A DNA stretch of 64,000 nucleotides. Source: Daphnia carinata. Its lineage: Eukaryota. The position numbers and the translations under genes were made by a program. Below, in pieces: positions 42,444 to 57,196 of the stretch. The DNA lies in assembly GCF_022539665.2 (NCBI RefSeq), contig NC_081331.1, forward strand, positions 12,214,001 to 12,278,000. The letters are read 5' to 3'. Below the pieces are notes generated by a model, which did not search any database, was not told the DNA's origin, and was given only the letters and a program-made list of their open reading frames with translations. Numbering within the stretch: position 1 is the first letter of the stretch; the number at the start of each line of letters is the position of its first letter.

Positions 42444-44274
42444 TTTTCTTGACGTATGTTGTCAGACGTCGTTCAACTATTCAAGAGACCTGTCAAAACT
42501 GAACGAAATGTTAGTTGCAAACAAAGCTCAGCAGATGGCGCGGAAATTGAGGAGAACTTTTTCGTAAGCCTTTTTCGTAAGCCTCGAAAAAATGAAAAAT
42601 GCTACTCGTCAGGCAATCAGGCCCAATACTTTACGATTCTTGTTGAGTTACAGGGAAAAGCTCAATTTTTTTAATTTTTCACACCCTCGTTTTCCAGTGT
42701 GAAAGGAGCCCAACCAACTGGATTCAGGAAACCAAGTTTTCCCCCGAATTTTCAGTAGTTAGAAATCAACTGAAAATGAGGTTGAGAAGAGGAACGTTGA
42801 TGAAGCTGAAGTCTACGCAATGAGAGGGTAAATAGAATAAAAATCTTTCCGAGTTTCGTCGACTCCCACAAGTCTAACGCGTGCCTCTCCATATGGCTAC
42901 TTGTTGCAGCAGCCTTATACTGTTATTTACTCTACATGTGCTACATTTATAGACAACGACCACTACTGGAAGTTCGTTTATTAATGGTACGAAAAAAAAA
43001 ATAACGAATGAAATAGTACGGCTGTCCAGTAATGGGGAACGAGGGAAGAAAAATCAAGTGGCCCATTCCTAGTTCCCACGAAAATATGTAATGATGGTTC
43101 ACCAGACAACATGAACAAACCATATATACGTCATACATATTGAATTGTACACACGCAATATATCCCTACTTTACTGTTGTTAAAAAACAGTCTTGAATTT
43201 CAGAAGAACTGCACTATAACGAAGTTGTATTTCATGGCTACGATATGCTGCATATTGAGCTACCCCACGTTTAACTCGCTCATCTAGGGATGTATTCACC
43301 CTCCTTTCACGCCCTTTGTTATGAAATCAATTGATTCATAGGCAGGGCCTGTTTTCAGAATAGATGTTTTATTATTTTTCGTGACTATTGTTGCACCGTA
43401 CTTCCGTTCCATGTCTGATGTGCTCACTTCCGCATTGCCGGACATGCGAGGGGAGAACATTATTAGGGTTAATATCAGGAATTTCGGAGTCTAGCTACCA
43501 AACAGCAAATTTGAACATCCCCTATACGTGACTTTCGAATTTCAACGAACACTAACGAGTATCGAAATCAAACTTGACCAACTTTTGTTGGCTTAATTAC
43601 TGTCTAAAGATATGGATCAGCATGGCATCCAATGATAACGAAACAGGATTCGATATTAAGAATTTCTCCGGTAGAACAATTTGAAAGCTGAAACCAAAAG
43701 AGATTGATTATAAGCAAACAAGTTTAGAAAGCGTTTGTTCCCATAACCATTTAACCGAATCGTGTTAAGTATCGACTCATCAAGAATTCATCCTTCTTAG
43801 CCTCTTCAGTTCTTTGCGTACTGTCTGTCTCCCAAACGATTCTAGGCTGACTTGACAAAGAATGTGTTTTTTTTTTTTTATTTTTCTTAGAAATCACATA
43901 GCTATTAGTTTATCTTCCGTGTGTTGCACAATGGCCGTCATTTGACGTTGCAACTGAATTCACCGGCTGCTGCGACCAGCAACTGGGTCCTACTGCTTGC
44001 CGGCGAAACTGGTACTGCTGAAAAATGTAGCACAGCTAGGGGCCGTGCGGGACTCTCAAAACAAGAGGCTTTCGGTGCCACTGCAGCCAGTTGATGTCCA
44101 GATAGCAGACCGAGCAGTCGATGGATAGAAACTTCTTTGCGTTCACGCTGCCAAAAAGATTGCAAAGACAAAACGTCGTACGTGCTTCGCTGTTGGATAA
44201 TTTTTTACCTACTCGACGCCCTGAATTTTGCTCGGTTACTTCACTTCAAGTGAAATTACTTGTGATCGACCATC

Positions 44275-47200
44275 ATGTCGTTTAAGAAGCAAAATTGGGG
44301 CTGGATGCGGCACGTTCTAACCGCACTCTCCATTCTCATCTTTGTGAGTGAGATGTTTTTTGTAAAATGTTTTTAACGATGAATGTTATGCCCGTTTTTG
44401 TTCTTCAGTTCCTCGGATGTATCGTTATCGGTTACATGGCCTGGGTTTTGGCTACATCGACGACAGTCAATCGTTTCCTGTCCGGAACTTTGGTATACAA
44501 ACAGTGCCATTTACTGCATTGTTTTATTATTTGTTTTCGATGTCCTTTCATTTGAATTTGTGATTTGTTTCTTGATTTATATTCACCATTAGATTTTTAC
44601 GTATACGGTGATCGCTTTGGGATTTTTTTTGTTCGTCAACGGGCTAATCGGCTGGGTCGGTACAGTCAGCCAAAGTATATGGCTAGTTCGTTTGGTACGT
44701 TGTGAAATTCCATGTTCTGTCAGTTGAATGACGACTTGATCCTCTCGTCACGAACGTTTTCTTTTTCAACATCCCTTTCTAGCTTTTCTTGTTTGTTATT
44801 TTCTTCCGATCTAAATATTCAGTTCCTCGGTGCTTCAGTGCTTTGTATCCTCGGAGAAATCGGCGGCATCATCACTCTGAATATCGTCCGAATTCAGGTC
44901 AGTTATGCGTTTTCTCCTCCCTTTTTGTTGAATATAGTACCTACATGTTTTTAGTAGCACAACTAATTTTTCGCTTTTCACATTCATACATGCTAAACAG
45001 ACGGTGGACGTGGTGGAGCACGGTTGGCTGGAGCTCAATCAAGGCACCCGCAATATGATCCAATCTAGCGTAAGTGACCTCTCTTTTGTTGCCAACTACG
45101 CATGCTCTAGCGAAAGGGTAGAAAAGTTAATCCTAGTAATTATTTTCCCATCTTCCCCTAGATACTTGTCCGCAGGTTAGGATAGGTAGCGTTTTTTTTC
45201 AACGCCCAATTGTCGACAGATTTTCTAAAATAGCGCCCATTTTAAGCAAAGCGGTCAGTGGGGCGGGCATGGTGAAGTATATGGCAAGCCACGCCGCGCT
45301 TGAGTGAACATACCGCCTGATCTCAAAACAAAAACTTAGCAAACAGATGGCATTTTTTATTCTATTTTTTTTAGTTGTTGAAATGAACGGCCTACTTCCA
45401 TTGCTAGCATTAGTGGCTTAGGCTCACAGGTAAAGTAGGACCCTGCCCACCCGGAATTTGTTCAGCCCTTTTTACAAAAGACAATGTAAATTGGGTTTCC
45501 ATCTTTCTCATCTCAATATCACGATTTCATAGATCCTAAGGCATGTACATATCTTGGGGAAAAGCAACACCCTCTATAGATGAGCTTGTATTTTTTCACA
45601 CGTAAGCGTTCGGTTTGTTCTCGATTTTCTTCTTGCCCAATGCAATCCTTTAGGTTTCGTTGGGTTTTATGAAATTACATAGCAAAGGGCATATTAGTTT
45701 TTGAAAAATTAGGCCTGTATTCTTAGAACACTTGTTATGAGAATATAGCATCTCATCAGTTCTTGAGGCAATTGAAAAGTTTTCAGGTTCTTTCTTTAGA
45801 ATATCCTTATTGCGAATGGGCGGCATGTTAATTCTGTTCTCTCTCGAAATGGAAACATTTTCATTCCTCAACAGCGTTTCGTTCATGTATTTTTCTTGAA
45901 GGACAAAAGAATGTAGCAGCAGCAGCAGGTGTCCGTAAATTTCTTGTTACTCAATTTAGCATTTCAAAAGATTTGGTTCTTTTTACAGAACTGCTATGTT
46001 TGCGTTACTTGTTTTTAATAATTGTTGTTCATTTCCGCTTGTCGCAAAAATGTTTGCCCAACCGGAAAGCGTACCGTCCACTTCCCCACACTTAATAATA
46101 TTGACGTTCAATTCGTAGTTGCAAATGGGTGGGCAAGCCGAAAAACAATAACCACATAGGAGACAAGTCTCGATATATTTCAGGCTACGAACAGCGGCAA
46201 CATGTCAACACATTGCACGCGCTGTTCCTTCATTCAGCTAACATTTGATGGTACTTGTAGCAAGAGAATAGGCGGCGGCTGGCCCATATATGCCGACGCC
46301 GTTAAAGGAAAAAAAAGTACAGGAAAAACGTTAGACGAACTTGAATAAATCTCTCTCAATAGAATGAAACCACAAGGCGGTAATGCCAGATGGTCGATGC
46401 CACACATCGTTATAGATGGATTAACTCGATCGTACTTGATTATTTACTTCTCGGTTTTCGCTATCCTAACATTTCCTACAATTCTCTAGATGGAATGCTG
46501 CGGATTCTCCGGACCGCAAGAGTTCGCTTATTCCACTCTGCCCATCGATGATTCGTGCTACGAGCCGCATTCCGACAACAGCACGGATGATGATGGCAGC
46601 GCGATAGCACGGGCAGACTGGGACGAGACTACCTTCACTACTCCTCACATGCGTCTCAAACAGGTGCCGTATCCCGTTTTTTTCTCTGTTTAAAACATCA
46701 ATCTTCTCGACTATTGTGAAAAGAAGACAGAAATATTTGTTTAAATAGCGGACGACTGTAAGGACAAGTTTTGCGATTTGTTGTCAAGCTGCGACTAGTT
46801 TTTTCCACAATTTTTCTTTTCCCTCGAAAAGTGACAGGCGGTTTTGTTTCTTCTCGATTTCTCGCTAAATCTGACACAAATAAGGGTCCAGTACATAATA
46901 ACGTTTCATTATGCAAAAACTGTTGGCGGAAAAGGTGACTGTTAACACGTTCCCGAAAAACCTTTGAAACATCTGTTACTGAGCTGGTGTGCCATAAGGA
47001 AGAATTCCTAAAGAAGGTTGAATGACGGGAAGAAAAAGCCGCTTGTCATTATCGTATCATGACAAAATTAATGTCGCCATTCATCAAAGCTCGGTATGCA
47101 AACTTTTCTGCATGTAGCTGAGTTTGAAATAAGGAAATGTTGGATAATGAAGACTGCAAAACCGTTGGTTGTGTCCGGCTGACACTGGCAGATCTCTTGT

Positions 47201-47710
47201 TAGTTAGCTTTAAAACTATACTTTTGACAGTGCATTTAACAAACAGTATTGTTGTTTTTCTCTTTTCATTGTGACAAACTCGCAACAAAAAAAAATGAAA
47301 ACAGATTGGTTGCGGACAGAAACTCCACAATTGGGTGAGTAATTTTTCATTGCTCCTTTTACTATTTTTTAGCACTAATTTGAATGTGATATGTGACTCA
47401 CCGTTATCTTCTGCTTCGGGCTGTATCCATTTTTTTTATTCTAGTTTGAAGAGAACAAGGTGGGTTGGGTTGCCGGTTTAGCCACAATAGGAGCCGTCGA
47501 GTTCATGGCAGCAGCCGTTGCTCTCTTCATCTTGCGTCGACTGCAGGTAAGACATGTCTACACTATTTGACAGAATCACTTTTGTGTTGTTCCATATTCA
47601 CTACGATCGACGTTTGTGACTTTACAGACAAGCTTACGCCCACGAACTCTGTCACGTCGACGTTTACGCCAACACGAGACTGACATGGCCAATGATCCCC
47701 TACCTTCTGA
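44275..47710 (+). CDS. Tetraspanin-family protein
   Basis: Nine in-frame exons give four TM helices, a large extracellular loop with CCG (MECCGFSG), DDSCY and GC before TM4, and a C-terminus ..MANDPLPF*. Confidence 0.85.
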
Positions 47711-48964
47711 ACTGCCTTAAGATATTTGTTTGCGTACATTAGGACATGCCATAGCCACTCTCATTCTGAAAAGTGCCGACCAATTTTTCTATATTTTTGC
47801 TATTTTTCCTAGAGGGCAGCATGTCACATGACGCAACTGTGTCGGCCAATCTGATTGGCCTATTACTATTATATTTATGAGACTATATTAAAACAGACAA
47901 AGAGAGATAGAGACACGATAGGAAGAAAGAGACGGAAATCAACCGTTGAAAGGAGAGGACGATGCAGTTAAACAGCAATTGACCACGCGGAATGCTTTGT
48001 TTGTTTTGGAGGTGAAACAGTCCTTCAATTTCCGGCAGTTGCACTGCAATTTGACGTGTCCGACGCAGCAATTGTACACTTATCTTGTGCCCATCAATAC
48101 AGCTGTCACGAGAATCATAGTAAATAAACACGAAAAATGAACAAAATCACTGCCGTTATTCATCTTTCTCATTTAATTTGAATCGTACTGTGAATTTGAA
48201 TTTTACACACGCACACAAAAAACCATTCACCGCATTTCATGTAACCTAAATAAAGTAAATCCGCATGGAAGCCATACACATATCAATCAGAAAAATAACA
48301 CTCTGGTCCCCCAAGTAAACATTTCCCACGACCGAGAGAAAATATAATTTCAATCCCACACGCTTGTTTCTGTCGTAACTAGGAATATAAGTTCACACAG
48401 TTTTGTCTCTTAACCCCATCAGAGGAAAAACAGGGTTTCTATTCCGAAAATATCGGACTGCCAATGAAGTGTCTACTTCCGACTTATTGATGTAAGTCAC
48501 TTTGATATGGATCGTACACGTGCGCACTGTGCACTACATGGAACAGTTTCACTAAAGAACATACAGCACAATAATACATGCACTTAAATCCTTTCTGAAA
48601 TATCTCAAAATGTATCCACGCCCGTGACGAGGAATCTCGAGTGAACACAAAAAGGAATAATAAAAATAATAGGACAAAAAAAAAATAAAGAAAAATAGGA
48701 AAAAAAAGAACAAAGAAAAACAAAACAAGAAAACAAAAGAAAAGAAAAAGACTCGACTATAATCACCAAATTAAAGAAAAAAGAGCACCGAGTGGGGTAT
48801 TGAAGAGGAAGGCTGAAATCAAACAAAAAAAGAACGGAAAAAACAAAGACCAATGACCTTATTTTTGCACGCAGGAGTTGAATGGGATGGTGACAAAATG
48901 ATGAACACTTTCATAACCATCATGGAGTTTGGCGCAAAGGCGAAGCCACTGCGCAGTGTTAAGT

Positions 48965-50189
48965 TTAATCACGGCGCGCTTTCTTCTTCTTCTTGCTCTT
49001 GTTTTCCTGCCACGTGTCTAAGTTACAATAAAGAATTTATAGTTACTAGTCTTTAAAACGGGAATCTCGTTTACATGAGAAAATACCTTCAGATGCGTCT
49101 ACAACAGCCGGTGGCACGGCATCGGTAACTTTCTCTTCTGTTTCCTTGATTTTCTCAACTACTGTTTCAGCCTTGACCTTTTCCACTTTTTTGGAGTTGG
49201 CATTATTATTGTTTTTCTCTTTTTTATCAGTAGTGGTTTCTGCGGTAACCTTTTTGTTGGCCTTTTCCTCTTCTTTTTTCACCCGTTTGACCGGTTCGGT
49301 TTCCACTACTACTGGAGCAGCCACAACGACGGCTTCTGTCACTGCTTTGACTTCCGGTTCCTGGACGGTAGCAACATCGTTCTCTGTTTTCTCGATAGGG
49401 ATTTCGTTGCTCTTGTTTTCTTCGTTTTTCTTCACAGACTCCTTTTTCTTCTTATCGGTCTTTTTGCCAGCTTGATGAGTTGGGGAATTTGCTGAACTAG
49501 CTTCATATTTTCAAAATGTTACACTTTTACGAGTTAGCTCATTATTCCTATATGAACCTAAATGACATTACCATTAGCTGAAGAACCCTCTGCTGGTTTC
49601 TTCTTCTTGTCTTTTTTGCTCACAGCTTGAACCCAATCACCTAACAGCCATTAATAAAATCAATGAACATGAGAAAATATATTCATACCAGCAGGTAGCA
49701 AAGAAAAATAAAAGTATACCTTCATCAAAGTCTGCCGGTTTAGCTTCCTTTTTCTTTTGTTGAACTTCTCCGCTTTTTTTTTCCAATTTGACAATTTCCA
49801 CTTCAGTCTTTTTAGTTTGCTCAGTTTTAGCTGTCTTTTTCGGTGACTCCTTTTTGTTGGCAGCCTTGGCAGGGGATTTGGGTTGAGCGGGAGTACTTGT
49901 TTTCTTGAAATCTCCAGTTAGTTCAGGAGAACCAGAAACATTTGCTTTCTTCACCTGGTATGAGATAAATATGTTATTTTTTTAAATGAAGTTTTGGTCA
50001 ACGAACCATGTTTACCTTTGTCTTTGGTTTGACTTGCTTCTTTTTCTTGTCTTCACTAGCTGAACTTCTGTCGAATGTGGGTTCAGCAACGGTTTTGAAA
50101 CCAAAAGCAAACACGAGTATAGCTAATATCAGCACCCCACCCACAGGCAAAGCGTACAGGGAATGGGACAGGAATTTATCAACTTCCAT
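48965..50189 (-). CDS. Lys/Glu-rich single-pass membrane protein (metadherin/LYRIC- or RRBP1-like architecture)
   Basis: N-terminal TM LPVGGVLILAILVFAFGFK and a highly charged cytosolic region with W-containing basic motifs (DFDEGDWVQAVSKKDKKKK; DTWQENKSKKKKKARRD*). Five exons; the family call is tentative. Confidence 0.7.
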
Positions 50190-51313
50190 TTTAAACATTC
50201 GCAGAATTGAGTTTGAGTAAGCTTCTAGAGTAAAAATTGGAACACAAAATTTAACTTCAAAATGGACTCTTGACAAGGAGACGAGAACAGGGCGGAGAGA
50301 AGAGGAAACCGAGTCGTTAGAAATAAATTGTTAAGCTTGTCAAGAGTGAGCAGAAAAGTCAACAGATCAGACACAAAAGAAATGAAAGCTGTAGGAAACC
50401 TTTCATAGTAGGATAAGTATTAATGAAAGAAGGAAAGATGAATAATAATGAGAAAAAGAATAACAGAAGCCAAAGAGTGCCGTAACGCCTTCCGACTTGT
50501 CGGAGGTGGATCTGTCACCTGTTGCGCGATGCCCTCTGAAACTATGGCCAGCTTCATCGCTGGTTTTAGCTGATCGTGGCTTACAGTGCCGCCTAGCGGC
50601 CATTTATGTTCCCTATTTTGGGTATAGGATAACGATGCGAGCGGGGAGCGCTGCTGAGGTGGCATGACGTTGATAACATTAAATTATTTTGAGAATAGTG
50701 GTACCAGGCCTTCTTGGTTTAAAACGTTCGACTGCTGACACAACTTCCTTTATCGCGCCATCTTGTGGTTTGAAAAATTATAAATACTTCGTTCTGCAGC
50801 AGGGACGGCAGCGACAGCGGTTCTTTTTGTGTTAGGCAAGAAACGAATCAGTAAATGAGTAATAATGAAAGGACTCGTGGAATTTGCGAGATTTACGTAA
50901 AAAAAATTTCAATTGTTTACGATCCCTTTAAATAGCGCGATAGTCCCGTGCGTGATGGAGGAGGTGGCGGGGACAGTGTGTTACCCCTGTGTGTGCCAGA
51001 TTGGACATACATGTATTAAAAATCCTCCTTAGCGCACATTAACCTTTTGCGTGAACGTTATCCAAGTTTTTCTATATAACCCCAACTGCGATTTTCGTGC
51101 CCAACTATCTACTTCATCACCATTCGATAACCATGCGTCATTTATGAATTGGTCGAAATGTCATCTAGACAGACTGCAATCGAAAAATTATAGACACGCA
51201 TGCATTTTCTGTATTTCTTAAGTAAAAAATCTGTATATTTTTGCGCAGAAAATCAAACACAAAGTTTACGGAAGTGAGGCAGAAGCTTAAAACATTCCTT
51301 GAGGAAGCCGTGA

Positions 51314-54300
51314 TCATTGAGAATTTAGAGACACTTTATCTAAGGCCGTTTTTCTCTGTTCCAAACTCTGATTAAGACAAAAAAAGGTAGAATAAAAAAA
51401 ATATTGATTAAGTAACTTAAAGTGTGAATACCTGCTTGAGTATAGATAGGCGATAGAGCAGATCCTGTTTATCTTGTTCCGTGCAAATCCTTTGTTCTTT
51501 GATTTGCAAATTCTCGAAGTCCTTATCGATTTTGACAACTTGATCAGACGAATCGTAATTGTCCCATTCATGTTTCTCGCCAGATGTGGTGTCACCATTT
51601 AACATCTGGATCTTTTTGAGGACAGCTGGAACAGGTGGCGACGACATCAGCCTTGATTGGGATCGTGTGGGGGCGACGGATGGTAGCGGTACCGGACTCG
51701 GCTGGAGGGGTTGAATCAATTCTGCATCTGACTGGTTGGTTCCAATCGATTTGCCATGACTGTGGTGGGTGTTGGTAGCTGGGGGTTTCTTGTAGTAGCG
51801 ACTAACTGCAGCGGCCTGGAGGGCTTCGTAATATCTTTCATGCGGTTCGGCGGTTCCGCTGCCAGGTAAAAACGGGAAGAATATATCTCCCATCTCTTCC
51901 TGGCTCCTTCATGCGCACACGGAATCGACGTCGGTCAATGAGTCAATCACGCGCGATACGACAGCTACTTTGACATCATTTCTCGGCAAGAGCATGCACA
52001 TTGCCGTAAAAATGGGGTGAAAATGGGGTGAAAAGTAACTATCCATCACCAAGAGTGGTATTAAACCCAAAAAGCCTACCCTGAATTCTCACTTGATGGC
52101 CAGGAACCGTGGAGTTGCTTTTCAAGTAATAGCTTCTGGCGGCGTCGGAGGCGTTCACGGCGACGTTGCATAAAACGCGGATCCTTCTCCGTTTGACTCT
52201 GTATAACCAACGTGAATAGAATTCCCGGAAAAGGTGAAAGACGTATTCCAAAGAAAAAGGTAAACGTTAATAACGATATTGGTCTTACTTGGTATTTCGC
52301 GCTTGTCTTGTGCGCACCCCATAATGGACGGCTGGCTGTGCTGGTGGATGTTTGACTTTTGATGGCTATCATAGACATTCGCGTGGCCGGGCGTTCCACA
52401 GTGCTATCTTCTGTTGTTGCTGCAATTCTCTGTCTGTCATTCAAGTACAGCATAGATTGTACGTAATTTAATCTGCATATCTGTTTTTACGATTCCGAGA
52501 ACGGAACAATGCTTACCGAAACTGACGGGAACGTGAGTTGTTTTCGCATCGACAAGTAACTTGAGGGTGCTGATCTGTCTGAACTTCTGCGTCGACTGAG
52601 GAGCGAGTTAAAGTGCCCTTTTCTTGTTGTGGCGTACGTGGTGTTAGAATGGCATGCCGTAGCTCGATCAGTTCGTTTTGCGGCTGCGGCTGCGTCGACG
52701 TCGACCTTTCTTCACTTCTGGCAGTAGAAGTGAACGATGACCTGTCAACCGCAGTTGTTGGGTCATTCTCCGGTGGTGGTATCGAACGGTTCTGTAGGTT
52801 TCTCCTGCGTGCTTGTTTCTCCGCTAAGGCGTTCTGTTGGGCACCGGCGATGGCCTCTTTCACTGCCTCTAAACGCCGTTCCTCTGCTTCCTGAAAATGG
52901 TAGTTAAAGATGTTTAACAATTGCCATTTTTGTTGATCTCTATATAAGAGTTCCATGATATTCAAATTACGTCAGTGTGGCGAGGAATGATGTATGCGTA
53001 CTAACCTTTTTCTCCTGAATTCGTCTTTGTTCTTCTTCGATTTGTCGTCTTTCGGCTTCCAAATGTCTCTGAAGCTCTTGCTCTTGTCGCTCTTCTTCCT
53101 CCTGTTGCCTTTTGCGCTCCAAAAGCTTTTGGTTTTCCTTCTCGGCCAACTGGATAAGAAGCAATTTGAGTTGATTAAAATTCATGCAAGCGCATCCGGT
53201 TTTCTTCTGTCTGAACGGCTCCATCGGTCAGTCTCAACTGTTCAGCTGTACAATTGGACAGCCAAATATTTTTTTATATCCAGCAAGAAATGACAGGCAA
53301 GTGGAAATAAAAACTTACTCATATTTTTGTCTGAACAAAAGTGGGCAAACATACAACAAATGGGTGAAAGACTTTGTCTCGCATGTCTGCGTGGATATGG
53401 ATTATCATGCAGCAGGATCGCGTGATACCAGAAGGTTTTCTGTCAGAAGTTTATCTGTCGTTTATGTTAGTCTGTACCGAGTGTAATACTTCGCGACGAC
53501 AGTGCAGGCTATTCAGCCACTATCATGGGGCCATGCGGACATAACGATTGCCATATTAAATATATATATACTATAACTAAGAAACTGTTCCTTCCATGAT
53601 AAAACGTCTTGTCGCAGCACGTGACGCAAAAAAAAAAGCCAATGAACGGGAGTTGCCGTGGCAACTTTTCTTCAATATTTGGCTATTGAAGTACAAGAAC
53701 TTTTACTTCTCTCTCTTTGTTTTTTTTTTCTTTTAGTGTAGACTACGGTTTCCCAACGACGATTAACAAAATGTCACTGTGTTTCAATTTGGGAGGGTGG
53801 GGGCAATCAAGCATAAACAGCTAATTATCCTGCAACACGCCAATGATTCGAGTGTCAGTCTAAATTATTTGTAATTACCTGCTGAAGGAGCACGCGTTGC
53901 AGTTCATTGGCTTTGGCTCGCTTCCTCTCTCTTTCTGCCAACTCGGCGACATCCACCATGACATTCTGACCACGCAGAAAGCTGGGACTACATACAGGAT
54001 GGTCAAAACAAAACCGTTAAATTAATTTGAAAGAGAGGCTTAATATTTTTCACAATAACTTACGCCGCATTGGTTGCGCAATGCTGAATAGCACGATGGC
54101 TGATGTTAGAACTGTCGCCTAAAAGTCCAATGTGATGGATTGACGTCATCGGCCCCCAAACACGAGATATGTTAATCAATTTTGTTGCAACGAAATAATG
54201 CGTATGTATTCTTCGATACCCACCTGACGTATGAAATTCGGTTTGAGCAAATACATTCATCGGCCGGGCAACCCATCGAGGTGGAGTTGATCTATCGTAA

Positions 54301-55410
54301 ATCTGAGGGAGGCACTATTACGTAAAACAAATTCAATTAGGCTTGAGTTTGATTGTAACAAAAAAAGTTGTCACAAATCATTTTAATAACCCCACAATCT
54401 ACGATACTGTATTAAAAATATATAAGGAGCTCACCTCTGGATACAAGTCATAGGGTACGGTTCCGTCTTGGACCCATTTCTTGCGCTCAAGGAACTTGTG
54501 ATCAGCCCTAGCCGAGATACCGTTTGAGCCATCGTGATGATCCGAGCTTACATGCTCTTTAGTTGAAAGCTTTATTACTGAAGGGCTATGGGGCGGTAAA
54601 GATGATAGGTTGGGTCCTCTAGGGGTAGATTGTTGATGACGATGTCGGTGTTGGTAATTTACTGATGGATCGATAAAGTGATTGTCGCTTTGGTAGCCAG
54701 AAGTTTCACCGTCAGTCACAGGGTGACTTACATGCCGCTTTGAACCTCGAGGTGGAGGCAGTGGTGGTGCAGTGGCGGGCGCTTGAAGTGGCTCGTGTTG
54801 ATGTGTCGACCAATTGAGAGGAGGCAGATAGTTGTCATCTCTGATACAGGAAACAATTAATTCAACGTTACGCACTATAGACTATCGAAACAGCGGAAGT
54901 GAAGGCGTAGCTGGCCAATATCCGTTTTTATTTGTGATATTCATGAATCATTGGACTTACTTTTTATTGTCGGCAGGAGTGAGGCGTGAATCGCTACGAG
55001 CGGAGGTCCGTTGCCATTTTAGAGGTGCACCACATCCTGGCCGACCCCACGGACACCAGTCGTTCTTTGCCTCCTCTGATAGAAGGAATGGAAAGGATGT
55101 TGTTTACATGTCTACTTAGCGTTTTTACATACATTCTTTCTTTTTCGGCCTTTGAGCTACGTTTCATTTGGATACTGCTGGTACCTTTAACGCGCATGCT
55201 AGGTGTACAATTCAAGCAAAATCATCAGATAGTTTGGCAATATTCCAGGTATCCAGCTTCAGATTGAAATGAAAAGTAACTCAAAGACGAATCAAAAGTG
55301 TAAAAAATTAAAGGACTAAACGTAAACTAAGAAAAAAAAAATTGACGATTCTTACCTCTTTCGCGAGCCCACTGTTGACGCTTCAGTTCCATCAGTGAAG
55401 GCTTTTCCAT
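51314..55410 (-). CDS. CCDC66: CCDC66/CSPP1-like centrosomal coiled-coil protein
   Basis: MEKPSLMELKRQQWARE start; SFLRGQNVMVDVAELAERERKRAKANELQRVLLQQLAEKE..EEEERQEQEL coiled-coil block; C-terminal QDLLYRLSILKQSLEQRK. Internal exon boundaries are approximate. Confidence 0.7.
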
Positions 55411-57103
55411 ACCTGATTACACAACCTAGAGCTGGGCGAAAGGAATGAGAACTGTGCAAACCAGCACGGCTGACCCAACCAAACTGCCATGCATGCCGGA
55501 AATACAAAACCGGATGAGGGTTGAAGAGCTTGCAATCGATATAACTCCCACGCCATCACCAAGGCAACTCCCTACTTGTTCTCTCTGAAAATAGGGATTA
55601 ATTCTTTCTTTACCTCTCTGTGCGGTAGCACAACGATGTCTTTTACGAACGCCTAGATGAAGTTTTGACGAGTTACACCCGTTTACATAACGCAGATGTG
55701 AAAACTAATTAAGATTCATTCGCCATTCTCTTGACAGCTAGGTCTTGTAAATTTGGTTCCGTAGAAGTTGTAGAATACTCTTTTTCTGTCGGAAAGAGCA
55801 GCACCTTCGGAACATGGCGTGGAGTTCTCCGCACTTATGGAAACTGGCAGGTACTCAATCAAATGCGCTGGCCCACCGTTCACTGTTAAGGTTCTTATGA
55901 GAGGTCTGTTGAGTTATTTTTATGTCATGTCTACCAACTATTATAAATAGGCATGCTACACAATTCCCTTTCACGGTACCTGTGCCACTTTGGGTTTAAA
56001 CTGTATCGCTCCTTTCGTACAGTTGGTCACGGAAGGGTAATATGAGAAATGGCATTATGAATAGTTGTTTCGTGCAAGACTTTACCGATTAGCCACTTGG
56101 CACCGCATTCAGTAACTTGCTTCTGCGATTTTGAATTTTAAAAACGTTATCATTTTCTAGTTAAATTTTCTTCTCTGTTCAAACACAAAGTTCGTCAAAT
56201 GCTCCATTCAACTAAATGGTGGATAAAACTCAAGTAATCTTACGTATCACAAAGTCTATTCATACTGAAGGAGGTCATTCTGAAAGCCAAACTTTGCCGA
56301 TGGTATCTGCTGATTATGCGCTAACCTAAAGTAGTTTCTGGGCGAAAAGCAATCAAATGGGGATTGAAACGAACGGCATAGAATTCCTCGTTAATAAACA
56401 ATGGTGTCTTGTTCAAGCCAATCATTGACATAAAAGAAATAAGATCCATGTTGGTTGTCAGGATTTTTCTGTTCTACGTACATACCTGATATGTTAACGC
56501 CACATGGCATGCAATCACACACTACTTGTAACTATAGTGTTACTGACGATGTTGTAATCCAGTTCAATGTAGTAGATATCCTAGTTTTGTTTGATTTCAC
56601 TTGTGATTGATTGAAAAGCATGTACGGTATAATTTATACCAGCTGCAGCTGCTACAGAATAAATCCATGTGATATATTCTACTCCTCTCAACACTGATAC
56701 TCTCGTGGGTTGTATTGGGTATTGTACACATCCTAAAGAAGTCTGTTGCATCGGCTAACACGTTTCACACGAGGTGATCTTTAGCAGCCGATATTTTTTC
56801 TCGTTTCCCTCCTAAAGGTCTATGTTAGCTCCTCCCCTTCGTTGCTCTCAACCATTAATGGAAAATAAATAGAAGTTGGAAAGGGATGCAGTATTTGCGA
56901 ATAGCAGTAACCGTTGGAGAAAAACGTGTCAGGTAAACAAACCAAAACATAAGGAAAGTTGACACGTTTTTCTGCATCATATTTATACCTTTTTCGTAAA
57001 CACCAGAAATCCAGTAGAACACACGAGAAAAACCTAAGAAAGAACTGCTTACTAGAATGTAAAGTCTCTGGTCGTTGCTCTCTAGACTCTTGGGTAGTAG
57101 CGA

Positions 57104-57196
57104 CAGAGTTATAGAAACCTTTATAGTTAGGTATAGTTATATAGTTATAGTTAAATGAGTTATATTATAGAGTTATAGAAGGTTTTTATAGCTCTG
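57104..57196. repeat. 93-bp mini inverted-repeat element with internal TTATAG repeats
   Basis: cagagttatagaaacctt and aaggtttttatagctctg match at 16/18 positions as inverted repeats. Confidence 0.7.
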
